IMG/VR virus record: IMGVR_UViG_3300042972_000032
Coordinates: 1-41,483 of that record
Length of the DNA: 41,483 bases
Reading direction: 5' to 3' (one strand)
From: a virus
Taxonomy: Duplodnaviria > Caudoviricetes
The position numbers were made by a program, and so were the translations under genes. Of this stretch, positions 16,248 through 25,968 are shown in pieces. Within the stretch, counting starts at the first letter, position 1; every line of letters starts with the position of its first letter. The notes beneath the pieces are model-generated. The model saw nothing but the letters and a program-made list of their open reading frames with translations, was not told the DNA's origin and ran no database searches.

Positions 16248-16799
16248 ATGCCTTCTGGTGGTGCTAGGGCGCGTTCCGGCCCGTCGTTCGACCCGAATTC
16301 AGAGCGTTCGGAGCGCATGGGGCGCTCACTGCTGCCATTGAGCGCGAAGGGCTACAGGTTCCGGCCGAGGGCGTTTCCGCTGTCCCGCTACAAGCTGTAT
16401 GACACTATGCGCTCGGATTCGGGCGATTTCGAGAAGATTCTCGACGTGGAGGGCACTCAGGATTGGAATAATCGTGAACATGAGTTGTGGAAAGAGCTGT
16501 GGAAGCTGCCACAGGCTATCGCGTGGCATATGCCGGAGTTCGCGTACCTGTTCAACACGGTGGCCCTGTATTGCCGCCAGTTTGTGATCTGCGAGTCGCC
16601 GGATGCTAGGGCCGCCGACCGGTCGACCTTGCAGCGGTATGCGGACACTATCGGCCTGACGCCACAGGGGTTGAAGCTCAACGGCTGGAAGATCGTGGAT
16701 GATATGTCGAAGCCTAAGCGCCCGAAGTCTCGGAAGGCTGATTCGAAGATCGTGGCGTTTCCGTCGTCGCGCGACCGCTATGCCGATTTGGAGCTGTGA
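16248..16799 (+). CDS. terS: Terminase small subunit
   Basis: MPSGGARARSGP start, W..LW..PQA.AW, IGLTPQGL; overlaps the large subunit. Confidence 0.85.
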   Translation: MPSGGARARSGPSFDPNSERSERMGRSLLPLSAKGYRFRPRAFPLSRYKLYDTMRSDSGDFEKILDVEGTQDWNNREHELWKELWKLPQAIAWHMPEFAYLFNTVALYCRQFVICESPDARAADRSTLQRYADTIGLTPQGLKLNGWKIVDDMSKPKRPKSRKADSKIVAFPSSRDRYADLEL

Positions 16800-18448
16800 T
16801 GATATCCTCGCTTGGCTTCCTGCTGATCGACTGGGTTGCCGCGCACTGCGTGGTTCCAGCTGGCTTCGACCTCAACGCCCCGTTCGTTATGACTGGCTGG
16901 CAGGCGCGCAACGCGATCGACTTCTACCGTGTGAAGCCGGATGTGAGATTCAATGCTTCGCGTCCGGCGCAGGCGTCGGCTTTCAAATGGCGTCGCGGGC
17001 AGATCGTGGGCGGGCAGAAGCTCGGCAAGTCGCCTTTCGGCGCTGCCGTGGTCTGCTTCGAGGCGGTTGGCCCGTGCGTCTTCGCCGGGCACGCGAAGGG
17101 CGGAGAATCGTTCCGCTGCGAGGACTGGGGCTGCTCGTGCGGCTTCGAGTACGAGTATCGCGCGGGAGAGCCGATGGGCATGCCCAGACGAACGGCGCTC
17201 GTCCAGCTTTTCGCCAATTCCGAGGAGCAGACGGCGAACGTGTACCGGCCGTTGCAGACGATGGTCAGGAACGGCAGTCTGGATGATCTCATGGCGGTGC
17301 GCGAGGGCTTCATCCGCCTGCCGAACGGCGGGAGAATCGACCCGGTGACGTCTTCCGCGAAGTCGAAGCTCGGCAACCCGGTGAATTTCGCGCTCTTGGA
17401 CGAGAGCGGCGTGTACACGAAGCGATCCGGCATGTTCGAGGTCGCCGACACTGTGCTTCGCGGCGTCTCCGGCATGGATGGGCGGATGCTCGAGCTAACA
17501 AACCCGTGGGACCCGATGGACGCCACGTTCGGGCAGGCAACCTACGAGTCGCGATCGGACGACATCATGAAGTACTTCCCGAGGCATGACCCGGACTTGG
17601 ATTTCATGGATGACGCCGACCGGCGCAAGATACTGGAATTCGTGTACGACGGCAGTCCATGGGTGAATCTCGACCAGATCGAGAGCACCTGCTCGGAGCT
17701 GCTTGAGCGCGACCCGGCGCAGGCGCGAAGGTTCTTCGGCTGCGAGCTGGTGCAGGGCCTCGGCTCCTATATGCCTGAAGCCTTGTATGACGCGACTGCT
17801 GACGACCGCGTGCCACCGTCGTCTGGCGCTGAGATTTGCCTGGGCTTCGACGGCTCGCAGTCCGGCGACTGGACGGCGCTTCGCGCGGAGAGCGTGGACG
17901 GCTACCGGTGGACTCCGACGTACGGGCCTGCGAAAAGGCCTGCGTTCTGGAATCCGAAGGAGTGGGAGGGCAGGATACCGCGCAGTGAAGTGGACGCCTG
18001 CATCTCCGAACTGTTCGAACACTATAAGGTCCAGCGCTTCTACTGCGACCCGCACCCGTGGGAGACGCAGGTGGACGCGTGGAGCGAACGGTACGGCGAG
18101 GACACGGTGGTGCAGTGGCCTACGAATCAGGTGGGGCGCATGTACAACGCGCTCGTCAGGTTCCGCGAGGACACGGCGGACCGTTCCACCTCGCATTCGC
18201 CCGACCCGACCGCCAAACTGCATATGATGGCGGCTCGCATGGTCGCCAAACCAGGGGACAAGTTCGTGCTCGGCAAGCCTTCCGAGAATCAGAAGATAGA
18301 CATTTCCATGGCCGATATCCTCGCCCACGAGGCCGCATGCGACATGCGGACATTGGGCTGGGGCAAGGCCGACACGCGGGTGTACCTGCTCAGCGACGAC
18401 GACGAAGGGGGAGCGCATGGCGGACGCGGCGGCGGAGTTATCTTCTGA
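16796..18448 (+). CDS. terL: Terminase large subunit
   Basis: Walker A GGQKLGKS, Walker B FALLDESG, nuclease LGFDGSQSGDWTA, KID. Confidence 0.95.
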   Translation: MMISSLGFLLIDWVAAHCVVPAGFDLNAPFVMTGWQARNAIDFYRVKPDVRFNASRPAQASAFKWRRGQIVGGQKLGKSPFGAAVVCFEAVGPCVFAGHAKGGESFRCEDWGCSCGFEYEYRAGEPMGMPRRTALVQLFANSEEQTANVYRPLQTMVRNGSLDDLMAVREGFIRLPNGGRIDPVTSSAKSKLGNPVNFALLDESGVYTKRSGMFEVADTVLRGVSGMDGRMLELTNPWDPMDATFGQATYESRSDDIMKYFPRHDPDLDFMDDADRRKILEFVYDGSPWVNLDQIESTCSELLERDPAQARRFFGCELVQGLGSYMPEALYDATADDRVPPSSGAEICLGFDGSQSGDWTALRAESVDGYRWTPTYGPAKRPAFWNPKEWEGRIPRSEVDACISELFEHYKVQRFYCDPHPWETQVDAWSERYGEDTVVQWPTNQVGRMYNALVRFREDTADRSTSHSPDPTAKLHMMAARMVAKPGDKFVLGKPSENQKIDISMADILAHEAACDMRTLGWGKADTRVYLLSDDDEGGAHGGRGGGVIF

Positions 18449-19841
18449 CGAACAGGCGATGATGCGCCACCTGTACACGCAGTTGCAGCGGCGCAGGCAT
18501 ACGCATGAGGAGCTTGACGACTACTATTCGGGAGATCAGCGCATACAGACGCTCGGACTCGCTGTTCCGCCCGAGCTTCGCGCATTCGAGTTCGCCTTGA
18601 ACTGGCCGCGTGTGACTGTGGACAGCGTGGTGCAGCGCCAGCACGTGCGCTCGTTCAGCCTGCCCGACGAGCCTGACAGCAACGACTACATGCGCGAGAT
18701 ATGGGAAGCTTCCAACATGGAGTCCCAGAGCCTCATGAACCACCTTGAGGCCCGCATCCAGGGACACTCGTTCGTCAGCGTCGGCGCGAACCCGGACGAC
18801 CCGGAGCATCCGATAATCGCCGCCGAATCATCGCGCAGCATGATAGCGGAGATCAATCCGATAACCCGTCAGGTCACGGCCGCATTGCGCGTCTACGACG
18901 ACCCGCTGCGCAAGATAGCGCCCACGTACGCGACCCTCTACCTGCCCGACAACACCATCCAACTGCATCGCGCGAACGGCTGGAAATGGGAGATCGAAGA
19001 CAGAGACGACCACAAGCTGGGCCGCGTCCCAGTCGTCCAGTTCCTCAACCGCCCACGCGTCGGCAACTTCGTCGGCGAATCGGAGATGAAGGACGTGATG
19101 CGCCCCGCCGACATGGCAGCCCGCGTGCTCATCGACTTGCAAGTTGCCGTCGAGACGAACGCGGTGCCCGGCAAATGGGCGACAGGCCTGAACAAGGAGG
19201 ACTTCATCGACCCGAAGACCGGGAAGATGGCCCCCCTGTGGAAGGCGTACTACACGGCGATGACCATCACCCAGTCCAAGGAGGCGAAGTTCGGCCAGTT
19301 CAGCGCCGCCGACCTCTCCAACTTCAAGACTGTCATCGACATGCTCTCCGAGCAAGTCAGCGCCGTCACCGGACTGCCCATGCGCTACTTCGGGCAGAAC
19401 ACCGCGAACCCGGCCAGCGAAGGAGCGATACGAGCCGACGAGGTGCGATTGGTTCGCAACGTCGAGCTGAAGAACGCTATGGACGGCGACGGGTGGGGCG
19501 ACGTTATGGCGCTCGCCTACCGGTTCGGCAAGGGCGACTGGCTTGACGGAAACCGGATACGCACCGACTGGGACGACCCCAACACACCCACGTTCTCGCA
19601 GAAGGCGGATGCCATCCAGAAGCTCAGCCCCGGAACGCCGATACTCTCGCAGGAGGGCGCGTGGGACGAGCTGGGATGGTCGCAGGCACGCAAGGACTTG
19701 GAGCGCGAGCGGTTCGCCAAGCAGGATGCGGCGCAGATGTCATTGCTCATGAAGCCGGAGGTGCCGAATGACGCTCCTATCGCAGAACCTGCCAGCCAGC
19801 GCGCGGGAGCAGTCCCGGAGCCTGCGCCAGTCCAGCAATGA
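18417..19841 (+). CDS. Portal protein (SPP1 gp6-like)
   Basis: YYSGDQ, NWPRVTVD, H.LGRVPVVQFLN, NPASEGAIRA; follows terL. Confidence 0.92.
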   Translation: MADAAAELSSDEQAMMRHLYTQLQRRRHTHEELDDYYSGDQRIQTLGLAVPPELRAFEFALNWPRVTVDSVVQRQHVRSFSLPDEPDSNDYMREIWEASNMESQSLMNHLEARIQGHSFVSVGANPDDPEHPIIAAESSRSMIAEINPITRQVTAALRVYDDPLRKIAPTYATLYLPDNTIQLHRANGWKWEIEDRDDHKLGRVPVVQFLNRPRVGNFVGESEMKDVMRPADMAARVLIDLQVAVETNAVPGKWATGLNKEDFIDPKTGKMAPLWKAYYTAMTITQSKEAKFGQFSAADLSNFKTVIDMLSEQVSAVTGLPMRYFGQNTANPASEGAIRADEVRLVRNVELKNAMDGDGWGDVMALAYRFGKGDWLDGNRIRTDWDDPNTPTFSQKADAIQKLSPGTPILSQEGAWDELGWSQARKDLERERFAKQDAAQMSLLMKPEVPNDAPIAEPASQRAGAVPEPAPVQQ

Positions 19842-20790
19842 GACCATAGGGCGCGTGTTGCTGGCGTGGCGTGCGAACGCTTCGGATGATTTCGACCAGT
19901 CGTTCCTGCGCTCAGCGCCCGCCATGCTAGGCCTGCTCGACTCGGCGCAGGATGATGTTTCTGGCATGATGTGGGACACGACGCCGGACGTGATGCTCGA
20001 CATGCGATCAAAGGCGCTGCCGGGCCGCTCCTACGAATTCGACCCGACACGGCTGACCGGCTACGCGGGCAACGGCGAAGACACGTTCAGCCATCTGTGG
20101 GGCGCTGTGCTCGACGGCAAGCAGGCGGTCGGCAACGGAATGAACACCATTGCCGCGCTCAAGGTCATCGAGCATGGCTTGGAGACGCGCAGCCGCACCC
20201 TGCTGTCCGACACGGCGCGCACCGCTGGCCTCATGAGCGCCAAGAGCGTGAGCAGCACCGCGCACTACGTGCGCGCGCTCACCCCGCCCTCATGCGCCCG
20301 ATGCGCCATCCTCGCCGGACTGCCCAGCGGCAAGATAGCGTTCGAACGCCACCCGCGATGCGACTGCACCGCCATATGGAGCACCAGCGAGAAGGCGCTC
20401 GCCACGCATTATGCGGACGCTGGCGACTATCTGCGCTCCCTGTCCGACGACGACCTGTCGCACGTGCTCGGCAGCAAAGCCAACGCGCAGGCATACAAGG
20501 ACGGGGCCGACCTGAACCAGCTCGCCAACGCCTACCGCAAGCGCGGCGACGTGCGAACCGCGCAATTGTACGGCCAGCGCATCAAATACACGACCGAAGG
20601 CACGACGAAGCGCGGATTGGCGTACACGCGCATGAAGGAAGCCGGATACGTGAAAGCGCACATGCGCTACGGCTCCAAGTACTGGCGCGCCGACCGTCCC
20701 CGCCTCATGCCCGAGACCATCTACCAGATCGCAGGCAGCGACCATGCGGAGGCCTTGAGGCTTCTGCGAAATTACGGCTGGACTGACTAG
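19768..20790 (+). CDS. Head morphogenesis / MuF-like minor capsid protein
   Basis: YVRALTPPSCARCAILAG...FERHPRCDC motif; position after portal. Confidence 0.8.
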   Translation: MTLLSQNLPASAREQSRSLRQSSNETIGRVLLAWRANASDDFDQSFLRSAPAMLGLLDSAQDDVSGMMWDTTPDVMLDMRSKALPGRSYEFDPTRLTGYAGNGEDTFSHLWGAVLDGKQAVGNGMNTIAALKVIEHGLETRSRTLLSDTARTAGLMSAKSVSSTAHYVRALTPPSCARCAILAGLPSGKIAFERHPRCDCTAIWSTSEKALATHYADAGDYLRSLSDDDLSHVLGSKANAQAYKDGADLNQLANAYRKRGDVRTAQLYGQRIKYTTEGTTKRGLAYTRMKEAGYVKAHMRYGSKYWRADRPRLMPETIYQIAGSDHAEALRLLRNYGWTD

Positions 20791-20807
20791 CCGAACCATT
20801 TTTCCAA

Positions 20808-20848
20808 CCATGGCCGCGATGGCCGTGGCGCTCGCGGCGCGACGCCGC
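20808..20848 (+). promoter_or_regulatory. Two hairpins with GCGAY pentaloops in the scaffold leader
   Basis: CCATGGCC-GCGAT-GGCCGTGG and GCGGC-GCGAC-GCCGC. Confidence 0.45.
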
Positions 20849-20867
20849 ACAACCCAAGGAGAACAGC

Positions 20868-21416
20868 ATGAACAAGACATGGTGGCAGCGATTCAACGTC
20901 ATCCGCACCATTGATGGCGCGTCGGACGAGGGAGGCTCGGCGGGCGACCCGCCCCAGACGCCCGAGGCGGAGCCGAAGACCGAACCGGAGCCGGAAGGCG
21001 CTGACGACGAAAATCTTGGCGAGGGCGGCGTCAAGGCGCTCAAGGCCGAACGGGAGGCGAACAAGGCCGCGAAGGCCGAACTCGCCGAACTGCAAGCCAA
21101 GCTCAAGACGTTCGAGGACAAGGACAAGACCGAAGCCGAGAAGCAGGCCGAAAAGCTCGCCAGCCTCGAAAAGTCCAGCACGGAGAACGCGCTCAAGGCG
21201 CAGCGATACGAGGTCGCCGCCGAAGCCGGGCTCCCCCTGAAGCTCGCCGGTCGCATCCGTGGCGACGACCATGACAGCATGCTCGCCGACGCCAAGGAAT
21301 TGCTCTCCTACGCAGGCGACAAGCCGCACACGCCCAAGCCTGACCCGAGCCAAGGCAAGGGCGGAATCATCAAGCCAGCATCGCTCAGCGAAGCGATCGC
21401 AGCCCACTACAAGTAA
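20868..21416 (+). CDS. Capsid scaffolding protein
   Basis: LGEGGVKALKAER, coiled coil, PKPDPSQG tail; directly before the capsid gene. Confidence 0.85.
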   Translation: MNKTWWQRFNVIRTIDGASDEGGSAGDPPQTPEAEPKTEPEPEGADDENLGEGGVKALKAEREANKAAKAELAELQAKLKTFEDKDKTEAEKQAEKLASLEKSSTENALKAQRYEVAAEAGLPLKLAGRIRGDDHDSMLADAKELLSYAGDKPHTPKPDPSQGKGGIIKPASLSEAIAAHYK

Positions 21417-21439
21417 CCCACTCATAGAAAGGCCATGAC

Positions 21440-22408
21440 ATGGCTATCACTCTGGCGGAAGCCAAGAACAACACGACCGAGGACTACGATCCCATGGTCA
21501 TCGACGAATTCCGCAAGGAATCTGCCATCCTCGACAGCCTGATCTTCGATCAGGCCGTCAACCCGGCCGGAGGCGGCGCGACCCTCGACTACGGGTACCG
21601 CCGCATCAAGACGCAGCCCACCGCCGCGACCCGCGCCCTGAACAGCGAGTACACGGCGCAATCCGTCGAAACCGAGAAGCATTCAACCACGCTGGCAGTA
21701 ATGGGCGGCAGCTTCGACGTGGATCGCATCATCGCCAAGCTCGGCACCGAAGCGTCCGGCACGATCGCGCTGAACATCACGCAGAAGACCAAGGCCACCA
21801 TCACCCTGTTCCAAGACATGGTCATCAACGGCGACACCGCAGTGGACGCGAATGGCTTCGACGGCCTCGACAAGGCTCTCACCGGAACCTCCACCGAGGA
21901 TGCGGCGAGCAAGCCCGACTGGACTGACTTCTCGGACAACGGCAACAAGGTTCTCGACTCCATCGACGAGTTCCTCTCCCTGCTCGACGGGACGCCGACC
22001 GTCATCATCGCCAACCGCAAGGCGCTCGCACGCCTGCGCGCAGCGGCCCGACGCACCAGCCAGTACGTGAAGGACCCGGTGGCCGACCTGCTCGGCGCGA
22101 ACGGCCGTCCGATCAGCCGCGAGACCTACGGCGGCATCCTGTTCGCTGACCCCGGCGACAAGGCAGGCTCCGCCAGCCCGATCATCCCGGTCGCCGCTGA
22201 CGGCACGACCGACATTTACGCCTACCGCGTGGGGCTCGACGGGTTCACCGGCGTGACCACCGTCAACGGCTCCCTCGTGCACACGTGGCTCCCCGACTTC
22301 ACGCAGGCCAAGGCCGTGCACACCGGTGAGGTGGAGCTTGGCCCGGTCGGCGTCGCCCTCAAGGCCACGAAGGCGGCAGCCGTGCTTCGCGGGGTGAAAG
22401 TCCAGTGA
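21440..22408 (+). CDS. Major capsid protein
   Basis: MAITLAEAKNN start, MGGSFDVDR, INGD..VDANGFDGLDKAL, AAAVLRGVKV end; strong SD. Confidence 0.9.
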   Translation: MAITLAEAKNNTTEDYDPMVIDEFRKESAILDSLIFDQAVNPAGGGATLDYGYRRIKTQPTAATRALNSEYTAQSVETEKHSTTLAVMGGSFDVDRIIAKLGTEASGTIALNITQKTKATITLFQDMVINGDTAVDANGFDGLDKALTGTSTEDAASKPDWTDFSDNGNKVLDSIDEFLSLLDGTPTVIIANRKALARLRAAARRTSQYVKDPVADLLGANGRPISRETYGGILFADPGDKAGSASPIIPVAADGTTDIYAYRVGLDGFTGVTTVNGSLVHTWLPDFTQAKAVHTGEVELGPVGVALKATKAAAVLRGVKVQ

Positions 22409-22596
22409 GCACGCGCATAACAGCCCCGGTAGCCGGATACTCCGGCACCGTCGTGGGCGTGACCTTCACCAACGGCGAAGGCGTGGCCGACGACCCTATG
22501 GCGCTCGCGTACTTCCAGCGGCACGGCTACACGCTCGAAGACTCCGAACCAGAACCCGAGCCGAAGTCCACGGCCAAGAAGACTGCAGCCAAGTAA
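22405..22596 (+). CDS. Small head-associated protein
   Basis: GVTFTNGEG...ALAYFQRHGY; coupled to the capsid gene. Confidence 0.7.
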   Translation: MSTRITAPVAGYSGTVVGVTFTNGEGVADDPMALAYFQRHGYTLEDSEPEPEPKSTAKKTAAK

Positions 22597-22605
22597 GGGG
22601 TCGCA

Positions 22606-23025
22606 ATGGGAGTAGCGCAGTACGCGACCGTCGATGACGTCTCCGCCGAACTCGGGCAGGACATCGACGCTGACTCCGCGCGATTCCGTCAGGTGCAGCG
22701 CTGGCTGGACCGCGCGGAGCGCATGATTCGCGGCACTGTCGCCCAACTGGACGAATGGTGCGCGGACGACGACTACAGGCTCACCGTCAATGACGTGGAG
22801 GTTGCCGCCGTAGCCCGCAAGGCCCTCAACCCAGAGGGCCTTCGCAGCGTCATGACGCAGGTGGACGATGCGAACGTCCAGCAGACCATCGACGCGACAC
22901 GCAGCACCGGCGAGATAACGATTCTCCCGGACGAATGGTCGCGCCTGCTGAAAATCGACGGCTCGCCGACCATGAGCATCATAGCCTCGGCCGAACCAGA
23001 CTCTTTCCCCCTGCCCAGCTACTGA
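22606..23025 (+). CDS. Head-tail adaptor (gp15/gp19-like)
   Basis: YATVDDV, VARKALNPEGLRS, GEITILPDEW. Confidence 0.82.
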   Translation: MGVAQYATVDDVSAELGQDIDADSARFRQVQRWLDRAERMIRGTVAQLDEWCADDDYRLTVNDVEVAAVARKALNPEGLRSVMTQVDDANVQQTIDATRSTGEITILPDEWSRLLKIDGSPTMSIIASAEPDSFPLPSY

Positions 23026-23036
23026 TAGGAGGCCGC

Positions 23037-23477
23037 ATGGACGCCCTGCCGGCCATCCAGTCCGCCCTGGCGCGGCTTCGCGCCACTGCGGAAAGCATCA
23101 TGACCGATGAGTTCACCGTGCTGCGCTATACGGGAAGCACGGTGACCGACCCGGAGACGGGCGTGGACTCTCCGGAGCATGTCACGGTCGCCACGACCAT
23201 CGGCAAGGTGCAGTCCGCTGGCGGCATCGCCTCGCAGGTCATTTCGGCCACGGGCGACGCGCAGAACGCTGGCGGAAACGTGCCCCAATGGTCGCTGTAC
23301 CTGCATTTCCCAGTATCGTTGACCGGCTTGCAGCCGGGCGACGTGGTCGAATGCACCCGATCAAATGACCCGGCGCTCACGGGACGAAGGTTCCGGCTGG
23401 TGAACATGCAGTCGGAGAAAACCCATGCGACCGCGAGGCGCTGGAACGTGAACGAGATACCGGAGGATGGATCATGA
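23037..23477 (+). CDS. Head closure/stopper (DUF6093-like)
   Basis: AESIMTD...DPETG...LHFPV...GRRFR...KTHATARR. Confidence 0.75.
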   Translation: MDALPAIQSALARLRATAESIMTDEFTVLRYTGSTVTDPETGVDSPEHVTVATTIGKVQSAGGIASQVISATGDAQNAGGNVPQWSLYLHFPVSLTGLQPGDVVECTRSNDPALTGRRFRLVNMQSEKTHATARRWNVNEIPEDGS

Positions 23478-23671
23478 ACCCGCTGCGAGGAATACTCCAC
23501 AGAGGCAAGCCGAAGCACGCCGACATTCCGGGGCTTATACCCGGCGAACGACCGCTCACGCGGGAGGAAGTCGATTCCATCGGCTCCCAGTGCCGCGCGA
23601 GTCCGGCCATGAGCGTGCTCGAAGCGGACCGCATCGTGCGGGATGCGGAGGCGCAACTTGGGATTAGTTGA
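23474..23671 (+). CDS. Small hypothetical protein in the neck region
   Basis: SD GGAGG/GGA; ATGA-coupled. Confidence 0.55.
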   Translation: MNPLRGILHRGKPKHADIPGLIPGERPLTREEVDSIGSQCRASPAMSVLEADRIVRDAEAQLGIS

Positions 23672-24029
23672 CGTCTCGCAGGTGACAGCGCTGGCCGAAA
23701 AGCTGGCCGCGATCCCCCTGAAGAAGCAGCTTCTCGTGACGGCTGCGGTCAAGAAGGGCGCTCAGAACATCAAGGATGCCATCGCGGAGGACTTGCACGG
23801 CTCTTCGAACAAGGCCATCGCCCGCATTCCCATCGCCTACGAGATGAAGGACAGGGGCGTGATGGTGGAGGCGGACATCGGGCCTCGCGACGGCGGCGCT
23901 GGCGAACTCGCCAACATCGCATTCTTCGGCACGTCCAAAGGCGGCGGAACCCATGATTTCTACGAGCACGGCGAGGACGAATTGGACGCGACCGCCAAGT
24001 ATGTTGCGAAGGCGGCTGAAGGCCTATGA
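23658..24029 (+). CDS. Tail completion protein (HK97 gp10-like)
   Basis: AVKKGAQNIK, ADIGP, LANIAFFGTSKGGG; SD GGAGG before TTG 23658. Confidence 0.75.
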   Translation: MGLVDVSQVTALAEKLAAIPLKKQLLVTAAVKKGAQNIKDAIAEDLHGSSNKAIARIPIAYEMKDRGVMVEADIGPRDGGAGELANIAFFGTSKGGGTHDFYEHGEDELDATAKYVAKAAEGL

Positions 24030-24421
24030 CCTCGTATCTGGACGCCCGCAACGCGATTCTCGGCCTGCTGCCATCCCTTCCCGGATGGACCGTCTACAAG
24101 GATGGCATCGCCAACGGAAGCAAGCCGCCGTGGATAGTCGTGTCCCTCTCCGAGAAGGGGCGTGACGGCTCGGAGGCGGGCAGTACGAGCAGTCACCGCG
24201 CCACGCTGAGCATCCGCGTGGTATCCACCAGCGAGAGCAGCATCGGCGTCGTGTGCGACCGTCTCATGCGATCGCTAGACGGCGCTCAGCCGGGCAGTGG
24301 CATAGCTGGCCTGCTCGCCGATGTGGATTCCGGCGTGTACGCCTCCGAATTGGTCAATCCCGACACCTCGACGCCCTACCTGATGCGCGTGCTCTCATGG
24401 CGCACCGGATGGAGCGACTAG
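24026..24421 (+). CDS. Tail terminator
   Basis: WTVY.DG...PPWIVV pattern; position before the major tail gene. Confidence 0.72.
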   Translation: MTSYLDARNAILGLLPSLPGWTVYKDGIANGSKPPWIVVSLSEKGRDGSEAGSTSSHRATLSIRVVSTSESSIGVVCDRLMRSLDGAQPGSGIAGLLADVDSGVYASELVNPDTSTPYLMRVLSWRTGWSD

Positions 24422-24439
24422 ACATAACCCAATAAACCG

Positions 24440-24464
24440 GCCCCGGCAGTCGTCGGGGCTTTTT
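24440..24464 (+). terminator. Intrinsic terminator before the major tail gene
   Basis: GCCCCGGC-AGTC-GTCGGGGC then TTTTT. Confidence 0.7.
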
Positions 24465-24487
24465 CGTACCCAAGAACGGAGCCGATT

Positions 24488-25018
24488 ATGGCATACGAAG
24501 ACCCTGCACCGGCATCACTAGAGCAGGATATGAAGACGGTCTTCTGCAAGACCATCGCAAACATTAAAGCGCCGAAGATCAGCGAGCTGACCGGCGTGGG
24601 AGCCACTGACATCTCGAAGTGGATAACCGTGGATGGCTGGCATCCCACCATGAAGCAGTCCTTCGAGGATGATGCGCGTGAGGGCGTGGGCACTGTCGGC
24701 AAGATTCCCGGCGTGATCGCGTTCGACAACACGGAGATTCAGGTCATCGACAATGTGAACGCCGGTCAGGATGTGCCGAACATCGCCGTGACCACGCTCA
24801 CCGAGGGAACATCCGGCTTCTTCGTGCGCCGGCGTGGTCCGGGCGGCGCTGCCAAGCCGTTCGCAGCCGGTGACAGCGTGAGCGTGTACCGCGTGGTCAT
24901 CGCGAAGAAGACTCCGGTCGCCCACACCGGCAACGCGCGGCAGATGAGCCTCATCGGCTTCTCCATCGCCCCTGACTCGATCGCCGACGAGTCCGCGACC
25001 GTAGCGGACGGGGCCTGA
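24488..25018 (+). CDS. Major tail (tube) protein
   Basis: IANIKAPKISEL...DISKWITVDGW, GFFVRRRG, FAAGDSVSVY; synteny. Confidence 0.85.
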   Translation: MAYEDPAPASLEQDMKTVFCKTIANIKAPKISELTGVGATDISKWITVDGWHPTMKQSFEDDAREGVGTVGKIPGVIAFDNTEIQVIDNVNAGQDVPNIAVTTLTEGTSGFFVRRRGPGGAAKPFAAGDSVSVYRVVIAKKTPVAHTGNARQMSLIGFSIAPDSIADESATVADGA

Positions 25019-25028
25019 TATCAATGCT

Positions 25029-25072
25029 CCCCTCGTGGCGTTTCCACATTCCTTTCCACCACGAGGGGCTTT
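25029..25072 (+). promoter_or_regulatory. Hairpin with an anti-SD sequence in its loop, after the major tail gene
   Basis: CCCCTCGTGG/CCACGAGGGG stem; loop ATTCCTTTC is complementary to GAAAGGAAT at 25107-25115. Confidence 0.55.
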
Positions 25073-25121
25073 ACTTCTTTTCATCGAATAGGAATGACCA
25101 CGTTTTGAAAGGAATAGGGAC

Positions 25122-25586
25122 ATGGGAATAACCATCACCAAGCCGACGCGGACCGTCGAAATCATCACCGACTACGCCGCATTGCAGGAAAGCATCAGCA
25201 TCGCCAACAGCCTCGGCGAAACCCCGTCAAAGCCGTCGAAGACGGCGCTGGCGAAGGCCGTAGCCTCCGTGGATGATTCGACGCTCGTGCTGTCTCTGCA
25301 CGGCCTGAATTCGAGCCAGTGGAATGCGATAGTCGTGGAGAACACGCACATCGTCAAAGAGAGGGTGGTCAAGGACTGGCCGCAGATGGTCAAGGACGCC
25401 GTCCCCGCCATGCTCGACAAGGCGAAATGGAAGACGAAGCCCGCGCCCGTCGAACTCGACGCCGCCGAACTGGATACGCTATTGGACTCGCTGACTGACT
25501 CGCAGACGCAGGAGCTGATAGTGGCCGCGCAGGAATTGAACACGCCCGTGACGGCAGTCCCAAAAGGCGTTCGCGACCTTCTCTAG
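25122..25586 (+). CDS. Tail assembly chaperone (gpG-like)
   Basis: Between major tail and tape measure; ends near VPK with slippery site C CCA AAA. Confidence 0.85.
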   Translation: MGITITKPTRTVEIITDYAALQESISIANSLGETPSKPSKTALAKAVASVDDSTLVLSLHGLNSSQWNAIVVENTHIVKERVVKDWPQMVKDAVPAMLDKAKWKTKPAPVELDAAELDTLLDSLTDSQTQELIVAAQELNTPVTAVPKGVRDLL

Positions 25587-25954
25587 CCGACCATCTCGGC
25601 GAGCACCCGCAGATACTCGCCGAACTGAGATGCGCCAAGTCGCTCGGCATCAGCTACAAGCGCTTCCTCGGCTGGACGCCAACAATCGGCGACGAGACCG
25701 AATGGGATGCGACCGAGCGGGAGTGGATGCTCGCGTTGCAGGCGTACGAGGCGTCGCGCATATGCCCGGTGTGCGGCATGGACATCGACTTCTGCCATGA
25801 CGAGCACAAGGTTCGCTCCGCATTCTCCGGCGCGGGCGTGGAGCAGTGCTTCGTCGGCCAGATGCGCGAGCACGCGATGAAAAAGTTCGCCGATTCGGGC
25901 GTCGTGGATGCGCCGAACAGCCTGACCACGAGCCTCACGGCGAAAACAACATAA
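25122..25954 (+). CDS. Tail assembly chaperone, -1 frameshift form (gpGT-like)
   Basis: Slippery heptamer at 25559-25565; the -1 frame is open through ...LGISYKRFLGW...EWDATEREWMLAL...CPVCG to 25954. Confidence 0.8.
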
Positions 25955-25968
25955 CAGAATAGAGGCGG

